Positions 9,370 through 18,865 of a stretch of 64,000 nucleotides of DNA are shown here, piece after piece. The notes under the pieces are model-generated. The model was not told the DNA's origin. It made no database searches and was given only the letters and a program-made list of their open reading frames with translations. The position numbers and the translations under genes were made by a program. The stretch comes from Candidatus Hydrogenedentota bacterium (GTDB lineage Bacteria; Hydrogenedentota; Hydrogenedentia; Hydrogenedentales; SLHB01). Every line of letters begins with the position of its first letter. Within the stretch, counting starts at the first letter, position 1. Location: contig DAIQLC010000025.1 in the NCBI GenBank assembly GCA_036789645.1, forward strand, positions 1,424 to 65,423, in the 5' to 3' direction.

Positions 9370-10641
9370 TCACTCCGCGGTTGCGGCAAGCTTCACGGGC
9401 TTCGGACTTTGTTTCACAAGGGCCAGGCACTCCTCCATGAGATGCTCGCCCGCAAATTCGCCGAGATTCAGGCCGGAAACGTATTCGTACCGCTTGAAAC
9501 TGTTCCAATCCACCTTGGCCATGATGTATCCGTAAGCGTCATTGGTCAGCCCGAACAGGAAATGGTGTTCGCCGTTCATGTTGCGCTTCAGGTAGTACCC
9601 GATGTTGGGCAGGGCCTCTCCCGGAATGGTCAGGATTTGCGCATTGCCGATGTTGACGAGGTTCATCTGCGTGGTCACCGTGTTCCCGGGGTTCAGCGTC
9701 ATGCCAATCGGCGACGCGGCGGCGATCATACGGATCTCCTCCGAATCCACGTCGAAGGTGACGTCCCGGGCGGTGCAGTACAGCGCGGGGTCGGGCTGCA
9801 CGGGCGCCTCGGACACAATCCGCAGCGCCTCGTCGGCCAGCAGCGTGCCGATGCGCACGCACTCGTCCCAGGTCTGAATGTCCTTGCCGTCGGGCCCCCG
9901 GCAGTCCGCGGTGACCATCCCGCCCTGGGCGCTGTTCATGAACACGGCTGTCCCGCCGCCCTGTTCGGCCACCCGCTCGTACAACGGGCCGCACAGGTCG
10001 GGGCTCAGGATGCCCTGGTCGGGACCGATCACCTCCGGGTGGATGGCGTAGTTGATCAGCGTGGCGAGCGCTTTGCCGTCCTCGCCGATGGCCTGGATCA
10101 CGTGACAACGCGGGTCGTAGAGCTGCGGAGCATAGTAGTTGTACGCGATCTTGCCTTCGGCCTCGCCCGTGTTGATTTTCAGCGAGGCCGGCGCGAGATT
10201 GCCCACTGCGGCGTTGATCGCTTCGGCCATCCGGTCGATCACCGTGGCGATGTACTCGAGGTCGGCTCCGTGTCCCCCTTGACCGTCGGGAAACCCGTAC
10301 ATATCGGGCGCGCTGTGGGTGTGCGTGGACCCGATCAAGATGTTCTCCGGGGGAATGTCCGGCACCTTCGCCCGAACCCGGTCGCACAGGGCTCCCGGAA
10401 ACCCGAGAAAGTCCGCCCCCACAATGGCCACCCGCACCCCGTCCCGGTCAAACACCAGCGCGCGCACGGTCAGGTTGCCGACCTGCCGGGACGCGGGACT
10501 CGTCGGGCTCGCGCCGCCGCTCACGGGCAGCAGGGGGTCCGGGGTCACATCGCGCACGGCCACGCCCGCTTGAAATGCCGCATCGGCCGCCGTCGCGAAC
10601 CCTACCAGCACCATCGCCGTACTCAGCATGCGCATGCTCAT
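9370..10641 (-). CDS. Neutral/alkaline (non-lysosomal) ceramidase-family hydrolase, short form, secreted
   Basis: Signal peptide MSMRMLSTAMVLVGFATAADA. It has RALVFD..RVAIVGADF...ENILIGSTHTHSAPD (compare human ASAH2 RAFVFD...NVILSGTHTHSGP) and the TIPGE block. It is about 423 aa and lacks the C-terminal tail domain of long ceramidases. Confidence 0.6.
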   Translation of the reverse strand: MSMRMLSTAMVLVGFATAADAAFQAGVAVRDVTPDPLLPVSGGASPTSPASRQVGNLTVRALVFDRDGVRVAIVGADFLGFPGALCDRVRAKVPDIPPENILIGSTHTHSAPDMYGFPDGQGGHGADLEYIATVIDRMAEAINAAVGNLAPASLKINTGEAEGKIAYNYYAPQLYDPRCHVIQAIGEDGKALATLINYAIHPEVIGPDQGILSPDLCGPLYERVAEQGGGTAVFMNSAQGGMVTADCRGPDGKDIQTWDECVRIGTLLADEALRIVSEAPVQPDPALYCTARDVTFDVDSEEIRMIAAASPIGMTLNPGNTVTTQMNLVNIGNAQILTIPGEALPNIGYYLKRNMNGEHHFLFGLTNDAYGYIMAKVDWNSFKRYEYVSGLNLGEFAGEHLMEECLALVKQSPKPVKLAATAE

Positions 10642-10772
10642 TGCAGAACCTCCTCGCTCGTTTCCGTCGTGATCTGCCGAACCTGCTCCGCACCACAGGA
10701 TACATCATGCCCGTCTCTGTGAAAACGCCCCGAAACCGTGGCGCGATTCCCCCGTACAGGCTCCGCCCGGCG

Positions 10773-11720
10773 TCAGCCGGTCACCACGTTCAGCACCGAG
10801 GGCAACAACTGGATGGTCGCGGGCAGCCGGCCCGGCTGTTCGCCGTCGAGGTTCAGCAACACCTCCTGCGACGAGTCGGCAAGCACCCGGGATGCGCGGA
10901 AATAGCGCACCTTCTCAGGCTTGCGTAACAGCCGCCCCCGGTACAGTTTCGGCAGATTGACCACCGCTTCCGTTTTGCCCACGTCGCCTATCACGTAGAC
11001 GTCAAACGCGCGGCTGTCGAGACGCGCATGCGGCGCGACATGCATGCCGCCGCCGTAGTATTGGCCATTGGCGACCATGACGTTATTGATCCGCCCGCCC
11101 AGTTCCACCCCGTCGATCTCGATTTGAATCTCGGGGTTCTCGTACGAGACCAGCGTCGAAACCGAACCCCACAGAAACGACAAAAACCCGCCGAAAAACT
11201 TCGACGTCCGGTTCACCCGCTTCACCACCTCGCCGCCGGCGCCGAAATCGGCGATGTTGATGAAATACCGCACGTCCTGCTCGCCGTCCGGCGTGGTATA
11301 GCGCACGCGCCCGACATCCGCGCGCGTATACCTTCCGTCAACTACGTACGGCAGCGCATCCACGCCCCAGGGAAGACGCAGCGTGCGGGCAAGGTCCGAG
11401 CCCGTGCCCGCGGGGACGATGGCCAGCGACGCATCCGGGTTGATCAGGGATCCGTCCTCAAAAAAGCCATTGACCACCTCGTTATGGGTACCGTCCCCGC
11501 CCACGCTGATGATGCGGTCATGGCCTTCCCGAAGCGCCTGCCGCACCAGTTCGGTCGCGTGCCGGGGCGATTCGGTCAACAGCAGCGTATACGCGCCGAC
11601 CGCTTCCCGAAGGGACGACCCCATGGCAGGCCAGCGCTTGCCCGTGCGGCCGTTGGCCGACCGCGGGTTCACGACTACCGCAATACGCCCCGCCCCCCGC
11701 GCCTTGCCCATGCTTGTCAC
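10773..11720 (-). CDS. DAGK_cat-family lipid kinase (YegS/BmrU-like; same catalytic family as sphingosine/ceramide/diacylglycerol kinases)
   Basis: Glycine-rich phosphate loop ISVGGDGTHNEVVNG and N-terminal IAVVVNPRSANG match the DAGK catalytic domain. GTG start at 11720 lies 5 nt after GGAGA and 15 nt downstream of the purB stop. Confidence 0.75.
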   Translation of the reverse strand: MTSMGKARGAGRIAVVVNPRSANGRTGKRWPAMGSSLREAVGAYTLLLTESPRHATELVRQALREGHDRIISVGGDGTHNEVVNGFFEDGSLINPDASLAIVPAGTGSDLARTLRLPWGVDALPYVVDGRYTRADVGRVRYTTPDGEQDVRYFINIADFGAGGEVVKRVNRTSKFFGGFLSFLWGSVSTLVSYENPEIQIEIDGVELGGRINNVMVANGQYYGGGMHVAPHARLDSRAFDVYVIGDVGKTEAVVNLPKLYRGRLLRKPEKVRYFRASRVLADSSQEVLLNLDGEQPGRLPATIQLLPSVLNVVTG

Positions 11721-11735
11721 GCTGGTCTCCTCGCG

Positions 11736-13166
11736 CTACACGCGGACATCCGACGCCGCGCCCAGTCTGTCCCGGTGGCGGTCGAGAATGGGTGTAACGT
11801 CTTCGCGGAGAAACTCGTCCACCTGCTGCGGCGCCCGGCCCACGAACTGGCGGACATCCAGCGCCTCGTCGATCTCGGCCCGGGTCATGCCAATCGCCGG
11901 GTCGGCCGCCAGCCGGTCCAGCAGATCGTTGTCGGCGCCCTCGAGTTTGACCCGCGCGGCCGCGGCCTGCGCATGCCTGCGGATGACTTCGTGCACTTCC
12001 TGCCGGTCGCCGCCCCGCTTGACGCACGCCATCAGAATATTCTCGGTGGCCATAAAGGGCAACTCCGATTTCAGGCGCCGTTCGATCACCTTCGGGTAGA
12101 CCGCCGGGTTTTCCATCACGCTCAGATACAGGTTCAGAATGCCGTCGCACGCCAGAAACGCCTCGGGCAGGCTCAAGCGGCGGATCGCCGAGTCGTCCAG
12201 GGTCCGTTCAAACCACTGGACCGCCGTGGTAAACGAACCGTGGAGGGGCGATACCATGAGAAAACGCGCCAGCGCACAGGCCCGTTCACAGCGCATCGGG
12301 TTGCGCTTGTACGCCATCGCCGAACTGCCCACCTGCTTCTCCCCGAACGGCTCCTCGATCTCCTTCAGATTCTGCAGTAACCGCATGTCCGTGGCGAATT
12401 TATGCACGCTCTCCCCGATGCCCGCAAGCACCGACAGCACCTGCGTGTCGACCTTCCGCGGATACGTCTGGCCGGTAACGGGATAAGACTGCCGGAACCC
12501 GAGTTTCTCCGCCACCCGGCGGTCCAGCTGCCGTACCTTTTCCGAATCGCCGTCGAACAGCGCCAGAAACGACGCCTGGGTGCCCGTGGTGCCTTTTACG
12601 CCCCGGCAACGCAGGTTTCCGAGCACCTGCTCGAGCGCTTCAACATCCATGAGGATGTCCTGCGCCCACAGACACGCCCGTTTGCCCAGCGTAACCACTT
12701 GCGCGGGCTGGTAGTGGGTGTAGCCCAGCGTGGGCAGGTCGCGCCACTTCCGCGCGAACTCCGCAAGCCGCGAAAGCACGTTAACCGCTTTCCCCAAAAG
12801 AAGTTCCAGACCTTCGCGAATCAGGATCAGGTCGGTGTTGTCGCCCACGTAACAGCTCGTAGCGCCGAGATGAATGATCGGTTTGGCCCTGGGCGCCACC
12901 GCGCCGTACGCGTGAATGTGGGCCATCACGTCGTGGCGCAGTTCTTCCTCGAATTTGCGGGCCGCTTCAAAGTCGATGTCGTCCACATGCGCCCGCATCT
13001 CGTCGAGCTGCTCGTCCGTGATGGGGAGGCCGAGCTCCTGCTCCGCCTCCGCCAGGGCCACCCAGCAGCGGCGCCAGGTCGAGAACTTCTTCTGCGGACT
13101 CCACAGGGCGATCATGTCTTTCGTGGCCACCCGTTCGACCAGGGGCGACGCATACGTGTCGGTCAT
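11736..13166 (-). CDS. purB: Adenylosuccinate lyase (fumarate-lyase family, long eukaryote-like PurB type)
   Basis: Fumarate-lyase signature [11 protein letters not shown], plus [20 protein letters not shown] and [12 protein letters not shown] at 13166 is preceded by GGGAGG. The 106 upstream codons of the ORF-track frame are Arg-rich with no similarity. Confidence 0.9.
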   Translation of the reverse strand: MTDTYASPLVERVATKDMIALWSPQKKFSTWRRCWVALAEAEQELGLPITDEQLDEMRAHVDDIDFEAARKFEEELRHDVMAHIHAYGAVAPRAKPIIHLGATSCYVGDNTDLILIREGLELLLGKAVNVLSRLAEFARKWRDLPTLGYTHYQPAQVVTLGKRACLWAQDILMDVEALEQVLGNLRCRGVKGTTGTQASFLALFDGDSEKVRQLDRRVAEKLGFRQSYPVTGQTYPRKVDTQVLSVLAGIGESVHKFATDMRLLQNLKEIEEPFGEKQVGSSAMAYKRNPMRCERACALARFLMVSPLHGSFTTAVQWFERTLDDSAIRRLSLPEAFLACDGILNLYLSVMENPAVYPKVIERRLKSELPFMATENILMACVKRGGDRQEVHEVIRRHAQAAAARVKLEGADNDLLDRLAADPAIGMTRAEIDEALDVRQFVGRAPQQVDEFLREDVTPILDRHRDRLGAASDVRV

Positions 13167-14005
13167 GGTTCCTCCCGTTCCGTTTCTCTCGCGAGCTCTT
13201 CCATGGCGGTCTTCCAACGGTCCCGCAACTTGTGTCTGCTGAATATGCGCATCAACCCGAAACTGAGCTTGCCGCACTCTTTTTGCCGCGCGATCGACAG
13301 TTCGCTGTTCGGTTCGAGTTCCTGAGCGCACTGGTAATAAAAGATGGCCTGGTCGTACAGCCGCAGCGCCCGGAAACTGTCCCCCAGATACAGCCAGCAC
13401 AGCGCCGAACCGGGACGGAAATGGGCCGCCTCGGCCAGGTAACTTGCCGCCAGCGCGGGCATGCCCGTGCACAGAAACGTCCATCCCGCCAGGAAATACG
13501 GTTCCCAGGGGTCGGGCGCCTTGTCGATGGCCTCCTCGAAAAACCGCTGCGCCTCAAACCGTTTTTCGCGCTCGAAGCGCACCAGCAGCTCGCCCATCAC
13601 GCAGCGGGGATACCACGCTTCCGAATCGCCTTCCAGAGCCACGCTGATGAGCGGAAACGCTTCCTGCATCCGGCGCCGGTGCGTCAGTACCAGGGCGCGG
13701 GCCGCGTAGAACAGCCTCACCTGGCGGTAGTTCTCAAAGGCATCCGACGAAACGCGGTCCGCCTCGTCCAGCTGATTGCAGCGCACCAGGGTGTCGATGA
13801 GCTCGCACCATGCCCCATAGTGCTGGTCGTTCAGCCCCACGGCCTTGCGGTAGTAGTCGCACGCCGCACCCAGATGGGCCGCCTCGCGCATGCTGCGCGC
13901 GGCCTGATAGAAGGACGAGGCGTCATGCGGCGCCTCCCGCGGCCGCGACACCCCCCGGTTCCGCTCGCCGGCGTTGATCTCCAGCCAGTTGAACCGGTCA
14001 CTCAT
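13163..14005 (-). CDS. TPR-repeat protein
   Basis: Repeated TPR-like helices ([40 protein letters not shown]...; ...[28 protein letters not shown]). Its stop overlaps the purB start (ATGA) and its ATG (14003-14005) overlaps the last codons of the upstream AAA gene. Confidence 0.55.
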   Translation of the reverse strand: MSDRFNWLEINAGERNRGVSRPREAPHDASSFYQAARSMREAAHLGAACDYYRKAVGLNDQHYGAWCELIDTLVRCNQLDEADRVSSDAFENYRQVRLFYAARALVLTHRRRMQEAFPLISVALEGDSEAWYPRCVMGELLVRFEREKRFEAQRFFEEAIDKAPDPWEPYFLAGWTFLCTGMPALAASYLAEAAHFRPGSALCWLYLGDSFRALRLYDQAIFYYQCAQELEPNSELSIARQKECGKLSFGLMRIFSRHKLRDRWKTAMEELARETEREEP

Positions 14006-15536
14006 CAAGCCCCTTTTCCGGAGACTTTTCCGGCAGCGTCGTGACGGGGCGCGCCCGGTCGCGTGCCCACAGGCGCAGGTCCTCGATCTTTTCCCGCATG
14101 GTGCGGGACAGAGGTACCGTGTCGTGGAGCGCCTTGAGAATATCGCGGGTCTCGAGCTCGCGGTTGTCGAAAAAGCTCTCGTGCAGCCCGGCGATGATCG
14201 CCTGCTCGATCTCCGCGCCGCTGAATCCGCGCGACGCCTCCACGAGCTCGTGCAGGTCGTATTTCATGGGTTCCCGGCGCACCTTGTGCAGATGGATCGC
14301 GAAGATCTCCGCCCGTTCCCGGCTCCGGGGCAGATCCACGAAGAAAATCTCGTCAAGGCGGCCTTTCCGCAACAGTTCCGGCGGCAGTTCCCGCACCTCG
14401 TTGGCCGTCGCCACCACGAACACCGGCGCCGTCTTTTCCTGAATCCAGGTGAGAAACGTCCCGACCACGCGGGCCGTCGTGCCCGCGTCCGAACTCCCGG
14501 ACCCCTCCACGCCGGAGAACGCCTTCTCGATTTCGTCAATCCACAGGACCACCGGGGCCAGGCTCTCGGCGGTCTTCGTCGCGCTGCGCATGTTCTGTTC
14601 CGAACTGCCGATATACCCCTGGAAAATCATGCTCATGTCCATGCGAAGCAGCGGCAGCTGCCACTGTCGCGCGATGGTCTTGGCCACGAGGCTCTTCCCG
14701 CAGCCCTGGACGCCCATCAGCAGAATCCCCCGCGGCTGGGGAAGGCCGTACTTGCGCGCCTCGTCGCTGAACGCGCGCACCCGCTTCCGGAGCCAGTCTT
14801 TCAGGACATCCATGCCCCCGACGTCCGCCAGGTCGGCCGCGACATCGTAATATTCCAGCAGGCCCGACTTGCGGATCACCTGCCGTTTCTCCGACACCAC
14901 CGCCCGGATGTCTTGCGCGTCGAGCACGCTGTCGCGCACGATCGCCTGCGCGAACGCATTCTCCGCTTCCTTCATCGTCAGGCCCTGGGCCGCCTTGACC
15001 AGGGCATCGCGGTCCTGCGGCCTCAGCCGGACCTGGAACTTGCGTGCGGAGCTCGGCCGGCCGATGGACTCGTCCAGGAGCTGGCTCAGCTCCTCGTACG
15101 TGGGCAACGGAAGGTCGAGGATCGTCATGTCCTTTTCCAGTTCGCGCGGCAGTTTGAGCACGGGCGACAGGAACACCAGGGTCTTCTTGGTCGGCCCCAG
15201 CGCGCTGCCCAGATCGCGAACCTGGCGGATCATCTCCGGCGCTTCCAGGTAGGTGTGGAAATCCTTCAGGACGTAGATGGCCGGGCCATCCTTCTGGAGC
15301 ACCTCGTTGAGCATCTGCATCGCGTCGCGCGTGCGCGACCCGCTGCCCTGGCTGCCCGCGCCGTGGATACACCGCAACCCGTTCGTGATGGACCATTCGT
15401 ACAACGGTTTCCGCTGGGTTTCGGCCAGACGCATCAGGATGCGCAGAGCACGGTCCTCTTCCCACGTCACCACGTAGAGCAGCGTGTACCGTGCCCGGAT
15501 CAGCCGGTCCAGTTCTTCGTTAAACCCGTTGTCCAT
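13998..15536 (-). CDS. AAA+ ATPase (classic-clade AAA domain) with a ~270-aa N-terminal domain of unknown type
   Basis: Walker A GVQGCGKS, Walker B VVLWIDEIEK, second region of homology VFVVATANEV...LLRKGRLDEIFFVDLP and a C-terminal AAA lid. ATG at 15534-15536 overlaps the stop of the upstream PurO-like gene (TGATG). The N-terminal 150 codons of the ORF-track frame are Arg/Gly junk and were rejected. Confidence 0.8.
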   Translation of the reverse strand: MDNGFNEELDRLIRARYTLLYVVTWEEDRALRILMRLAETQRKPLYEWSITNGLRCIHGAGSQGSGSRTRDAMQMLNEVLQKDGPAIYVLKDFHTYLEAPEMIRQVRDLGSALGPTKKTLVFLSPVLKLPRELEKDMTILDLPLPTYEELSQLLDESIGRPSSARKFQVRLRPQDRDALVKAAQGLTMKEAENAFAQAIVRDSVLDAQDIRAVVSEKRQVIRKSGLLEYYDVAADLADVGGMDVLKDWLRKRVRAFSDEARKYGLPQPRGILLMGVQGCGKSLVAKTIARQWQLPLLRMDMSMIFQGYIGSSEQNMRSATKTAESLAPVVLWIDEIEKAFSGVEGSGSSDAGTTARVVGTFLTWIQEKTAPVFVVATANEVRELPPELLRKGRLDEIFFVDLPRSRERAEIFAIHLHKVRREPMKYDLHELVEASRGFSGAEIEQAIIAGLHESFFDNRELETRDILKALHDTVPLSRTMREKIEDLRLWARDRARPVTTLPEKSPEKGLDE

Positions 15537-16186
15537 CACGTGTGAGGCGCATCCAGCGCGGCCAGATCGAAATCGGAATTGGAGCTCATCGCCGCCACCG
15601 CCGTCACGGGATGCGTCCGTTCCGCGAAAACGCCGCCGCCCAGAAGAAACTGGCAGGCCTCCGGGGCGGTCTTCGCGGGAAACGCGCCGCTCTGGGTGTC
15701 CGACAGCTTGCCTTCCTCGTAGGTGGCCACATAGTAGAACATCCCCGCCTCCAGGGGCATGCGGCGCACGTCCAAGCCGTCTTCGCGCACGATCCCGAGA
15801 TACCCCGAACCGCCATTGCGCTTGTCGACCACCCCCGCGATGCGCGGCGTGTTGTAGTCGTCCTTTTCGTAATCCAGCGTCATCAGCGACAGCAGCAGTG
15901 CGTCCCGGGGGTTCATGCCCGACATGATCTTCTCCGCGATTGGGTCGGTGTGGCTCCCGTTGGTGACCACGGCCACATCGCCTCCGCACACCACCCGCAC
16001 GCAGTTGTAGGCGATGTACGGGTTTTTGTGCACGTCGGCCTCGTGGCCGGGCTTCGGCACGATGCTCACCCGGTTCTCCCGCAACACCGCCGTCCGGTTA
16101 GGAAACGAGCGGCTCGACACCCGGTATACGCCGCACAGGCGGCTGTCCTTGGTCATGGCAATGCTTACAATGCGTCCTACGTACAT
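15536..16186 (-). CDS. purO: IMP cyclohydrolase PurO-like protein (archaeal-type, Ntn-hydrolase fold)
   Basis: MYVGRIVSIAMTKDSRLCGVYRVSSRSFPNR...NPYIAYNCVRVV...SHTD...MTLDYEKDDYNTPRIAGVV...MFYYVATYE matches my recollection of PurO (MY.GR...YRVSSRSFPNR ... DYEKDDYNTPRIAG) over its full ~215 aa. ATG at 16186; the ORF-track GTG at 16192 is also possible. Confidence 0.65.
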   Translation of the reverse strand: MYVGRIVSIAMTKDSRLCGVYRVSSRSFPNRTAVLRENRVSIVPKPGHEADVHKNPYIAYNCVRVVCGGDVAVVTNGSHTDPIAEKIMSGMNPRDALLLSLMTLDYEKDDYNTPRIAGVVDKRNGGSGYLGIVREDGLDVRRMPLEAGMFYYVATYEEGKLSDTQSGAFPAKTAPEACQFLLGGGVFAERTHPVTAVAAMSSNSDFDLAALDAPHT

Positions 16187-16309
16187 ATTCACCCCCAGGT
16201 AACGATAACCGGATTCCCATCCACACTGGGCCCATTATAACCAATCCGGCGGTTTGCGAGCATTTTCGCTCCAATCCCGTATAATACTCTTGGAAGGAGG
16301 GGACCCCTC

Positions 16310-17602
16310 GTGACACCGTACCAGCGGGAGCAGGCCCAGACACACATCGCCCGGTTCAAAGGCCGTGCCTACGTCTACGGCGTGCACTGCTTCGAAAAGC
16401 TGGGGGAACACGCCCGAACCCTTGGTTCCCGCGCCGTTGTGGTGGCCTCCGGGTTTGGCAAACCGTGGGGACCGCCCCTGCACGAGAGGGTGCGCGAGGC
16501 GCTCGCGAGCGCCGGCGTCGCCACAGACGACTTCGTCCCCGGCGCACGGCCCAATGCCCCCCGGGAAGACGTGCTCCGCATCGCCACGGCCCTCGCCGGG
16601 CAAACCCCGGACCTGGTGGTCGCCGTGGGCGGCGGCAGCACCATCGATGCGGCCAAGGCTGCCGTGGCCCGGATGGCCCTTGCTCCCGGTCACCCCGGCC
16701 TCGACGAGTATTTCGGGACGGGCCAGGTCACCCGGTTGCTCGCCGACACCGGGAAACAGATGCTCCCGATGCTCGCCGTACAGCTGGCCGCGGGTTCGGC
16801 CGCCCATCTTACCAGGTACGCGAACATAACCGACGCCGGAACCGCCCAGAAAATGCTCATCGTGGACGACGCCGTCGTGCCGCCGCGCTGCCTCTTCGAT
16901 TACGCCCAAACCACAACCATGTCGCCGGAATTCACCATGGACGGCGCGTTGGACGGCGTATCGCACTGCCTCGAGGTGTTCTACGGCGCGTCCGGGGACG
17001 TTCTCGAGCGGGTCCGGCCCGTGGCGTTGCTGGGCATCGAGCTTCTGGTGCGCCACGTGAAACCGGCCTGTGCGGAGCCGGACGATCTGGCGGCGCGCGA
17101 AGCCCTCGGGCTCGGGACCGATCTCGGGGGATACGCCATCATGCTCGGCGGCACCAACGGCGCGCATCTCACCAGTTTTTCGCTGGTGGATGTGCTGTCC
17201 CACGGACGGGCCTGCGCGCTCATGAACCCGTACTACACCGTCTTCTTCGCGCCGGCCATCGAGGACCGGCTGCGCGAAGTGGGGGAGATCTACCGCGCGG
17301 CCGGATACACCCGCATAAACCTCTCCGCGCTGCACGGACGCGACCTCGGCCTGGCCGTCGCCGAGGCCATGCTGAACCTTTCCCGCGACATCGGGTTCCC
17401 GCTCACCCTGGGCGAAGTGGCCGGGTTCACTCCCGCCCATATCGAACGCGCTTTGGCCGCCGCCAGAGACCCCCGGCTCGCGATGAAACTCCAGAACATG
17501 CCCGTGCACCTGGCCAGCGAACAGGTCAACGACTACATGGGCCCGGTGCTCGAGGCCGCCCGGACCGGCGATTTCGCGGTCATACGAAATCTGAACACAT
17601 GA
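16310..17602 (+). CDS. Iron-containing alcohol dehydrogenase family protein
   Basis: GGGSTIDAAKA NAD(P)-binding motif and overall Fe-ADH architecture. GTG start at 16310 is preceded by GGAAGGAGG, with a TATAAT at 16280-16285. Confidence 0.8.
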   Translation: MTPYQREQAQTHIARFKGRAYVYGVHCFEKLGEHARTLGSRAVVVASGFGKPWGPPLHERVREALASAGVATDDFVPGARPNAPREDVLRIATALAGQTPDLVVAVGGGSTIDAAKAAVARMALAPGHPGLDEYFGTGQVTRLLADTGKQMLPMLAVQLAAGSAAHLTRYANITDAGTAQKMLIVDDAVVPPRCLFDYAQTTTMSPEFTMDGALDGVSHCLEVFYGASGDVLERVRPVALLGIELLVRHVKPACAEPDDLAAREALGLGTDLGGYAIMLGGTNGAHLTSFSLVDVLSHGRACALMNPYYTVFFAPAIEDRLREVGEIYRAAGYTRINLSALHGRDLGLAVAEAMLNLSRDIGFPLTLGEVAGFTPAHIERALAAARDPRLAMKLQNMPVHLASEQVNDYMGPVLEAARTGDFAVIRNLNT

Positions 17603-18783
17603 GGATGCGTGCAATGAGAATTCATCTTGTTATTGGGTTGACAATCATGGCCGTGCTGCCCGCGTTCGCGTGGGCCGCCGGCGAAGCAGAGGGAGGGGCC
17701 AGCACTGTGGATGTAACGCATGTGAAGGTCTACTACGAAAAAGGCCGGTTCGGCGGGTGGCCGGCCAACTACGGCATGTGGAACTGGGGCAACGAAATCC
17801 TCGTGGGGTTTTCCCGCGGATACTACAAGGATCTCGGACCGACCCGCCATCATATCGACCGCGAAAAGCCCGAGGAACACTGGCTCGCCCGCAGCCTCGA
17901 CGGCGGCGAAACCTGGGCGCTCGAGTATCCCGCCGAAAAGGGCTACCTCATCGCCCAGGGCGACGCCCTGCATGGCACCGAAACGCCCGGACTGCCCGTT
18001 CCCGAGATGCGCGCATGCCCCGGCGGGATCGATTTCACGCACCCCGATTTCGCCCTGACCCTCCGCATGACCGACATCGACGCCCAGAGCCCCTCCAAGT
18101 TCTACTACAGCAACGACCGCGGCCACACCTGGGAAGGCCCCTTCCTCCTGCCCAATGTGGGCGTCAACGGGATCGCCGCCCGCACCGACTACATCGTCGA
18201 CGGAAAACACGAGTGCCTGCTCTTCCAGACCGCCGGAAAATCCGACGGTTCCGAGGGGCGCCCCTTCTGCATGCGCACTATTGACGGCGGAAAAACCTGG
18301 GAATTCCTGTCCTGGATCATGCCCGAACCCGAAGGATTCGGCATCATGCCGTCCACGGTCCGCCTGTCGGAAAACACCCTGGTCACCACCATCCGGCGCC
18401 GGGAAATCTCCAACCGCTGGATCGCCGCCTACATCTCCCGGGACAACGGCCGGTCCTGGGAGTTTCTGAACGACCCCGTCGATACCCTGGGCGAGGGCAA
18501 TCCGCCCAGCCTCATCAAGCTCGCCGACGGACGCCTCTGCCTGACCTATGGCGTCCGGATGCGGCCGTTCCGCATCGCCGCCAAGCTCAGCAGCGACGGC
18601 GGCCAGACCTGGAGCGATGAAATTGTCCTGCGCGACGACGGCTACGACCGCGACATCGGCTACGTCCGCAGTGTGCAGCGCCCGGACGGCAAAGTGGTCA
18701 CCACCTACTACATCAACGAACGCACGACCGGCCCGGAACGCTACATCGCCGCCACCCTGTGGACTCCGCCCGCGGCCGGATAG
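17599..18783 (+). CDS. Exported BNR/Asp-box repeat protein (sialidase / glycoside-hydrolase-like beta-propeller)
   Basis: Signal peptide MRIHLVIGLTIMAVLPAFAWA. There are at least five Asp-box repeats (SLDGGETW, SNDRGHTW, TIDGGKTW, SRDNGRSW, SSDGGQTW). Confidence 0.65.
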   Translation: MRMRAMRIHLVIGLTIMAVLPAFAWAAGEAEGGASTVDVTHVKVYYEKGRFGGWPANYGMWNWGNEILVGFSRGYYKDLGPTRHHIDREKPEEHWLARSLDGGETWALEYPAEKGYLIAQGDALHGTETPGLPVPEMRACPGGIDFTHPDFALTLRMTDIDAQSPSKFYYSNDRGHTWEGPFLLPNVGVNGIAARTDYIVDGKHECLLFQTAGKSDGSEGRPFCMRTIDGGKTWEFLSWIMPEPEGFGIMPSTVRLSENTLVTTIRRREISNRWIAAYISRDNGRSWEFLNDPVDTLGEGNPPSLIKLADGRLCLTYGVRMRPFRIAAKLSSDGGQTWSDEIVLRDDGYDRDIGYVRSVQRPDGKVVTTYYINERTTGPERYIAATLWTPPAAG

Positions 18784-18865
18784 CGCCGCCCCCGCAAAAC
18801 GAAACCGGCCTGCGGCGCCCCGCCGGGCCGCCGCAGGCCGGTATGTCTCAGGTTCCGGACCCCGC

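Noticed and set aside
13974-15545. 523-aa plus-strand ORF antisense to the AAA ATPase, and similar long antisense ORFs (16235..17614-, 17533..19125-, 18548..20383+, 19962..21287+, 22657..24252-, 27292..30813+ [1173 aa], 35681..37078+, 37254..38663-, 47286..48749+, 48746..49942+, 49602..52691- [1029 aa], 53346..55019+, 56569..57726-, 57653..58732-, 58737..60389-)
   Set aside because: Each lies opposite a gene with clear family signatures. Their products are dominated by Arg, Pro, Gly, Ala and His runs. They were treated as artefacts of high GC, where stop codons are rare.
16465-18783. 772-aa plus-strand ORF apparently fusing the alcohol-dehydrogenase region with the BNR protein
   Set aside because: Only the last ~395 codons (from ATG 17599, with a signal peptide) are meaningful. 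The upstream part is an out-of-frame read across the Fe-ADH gene.
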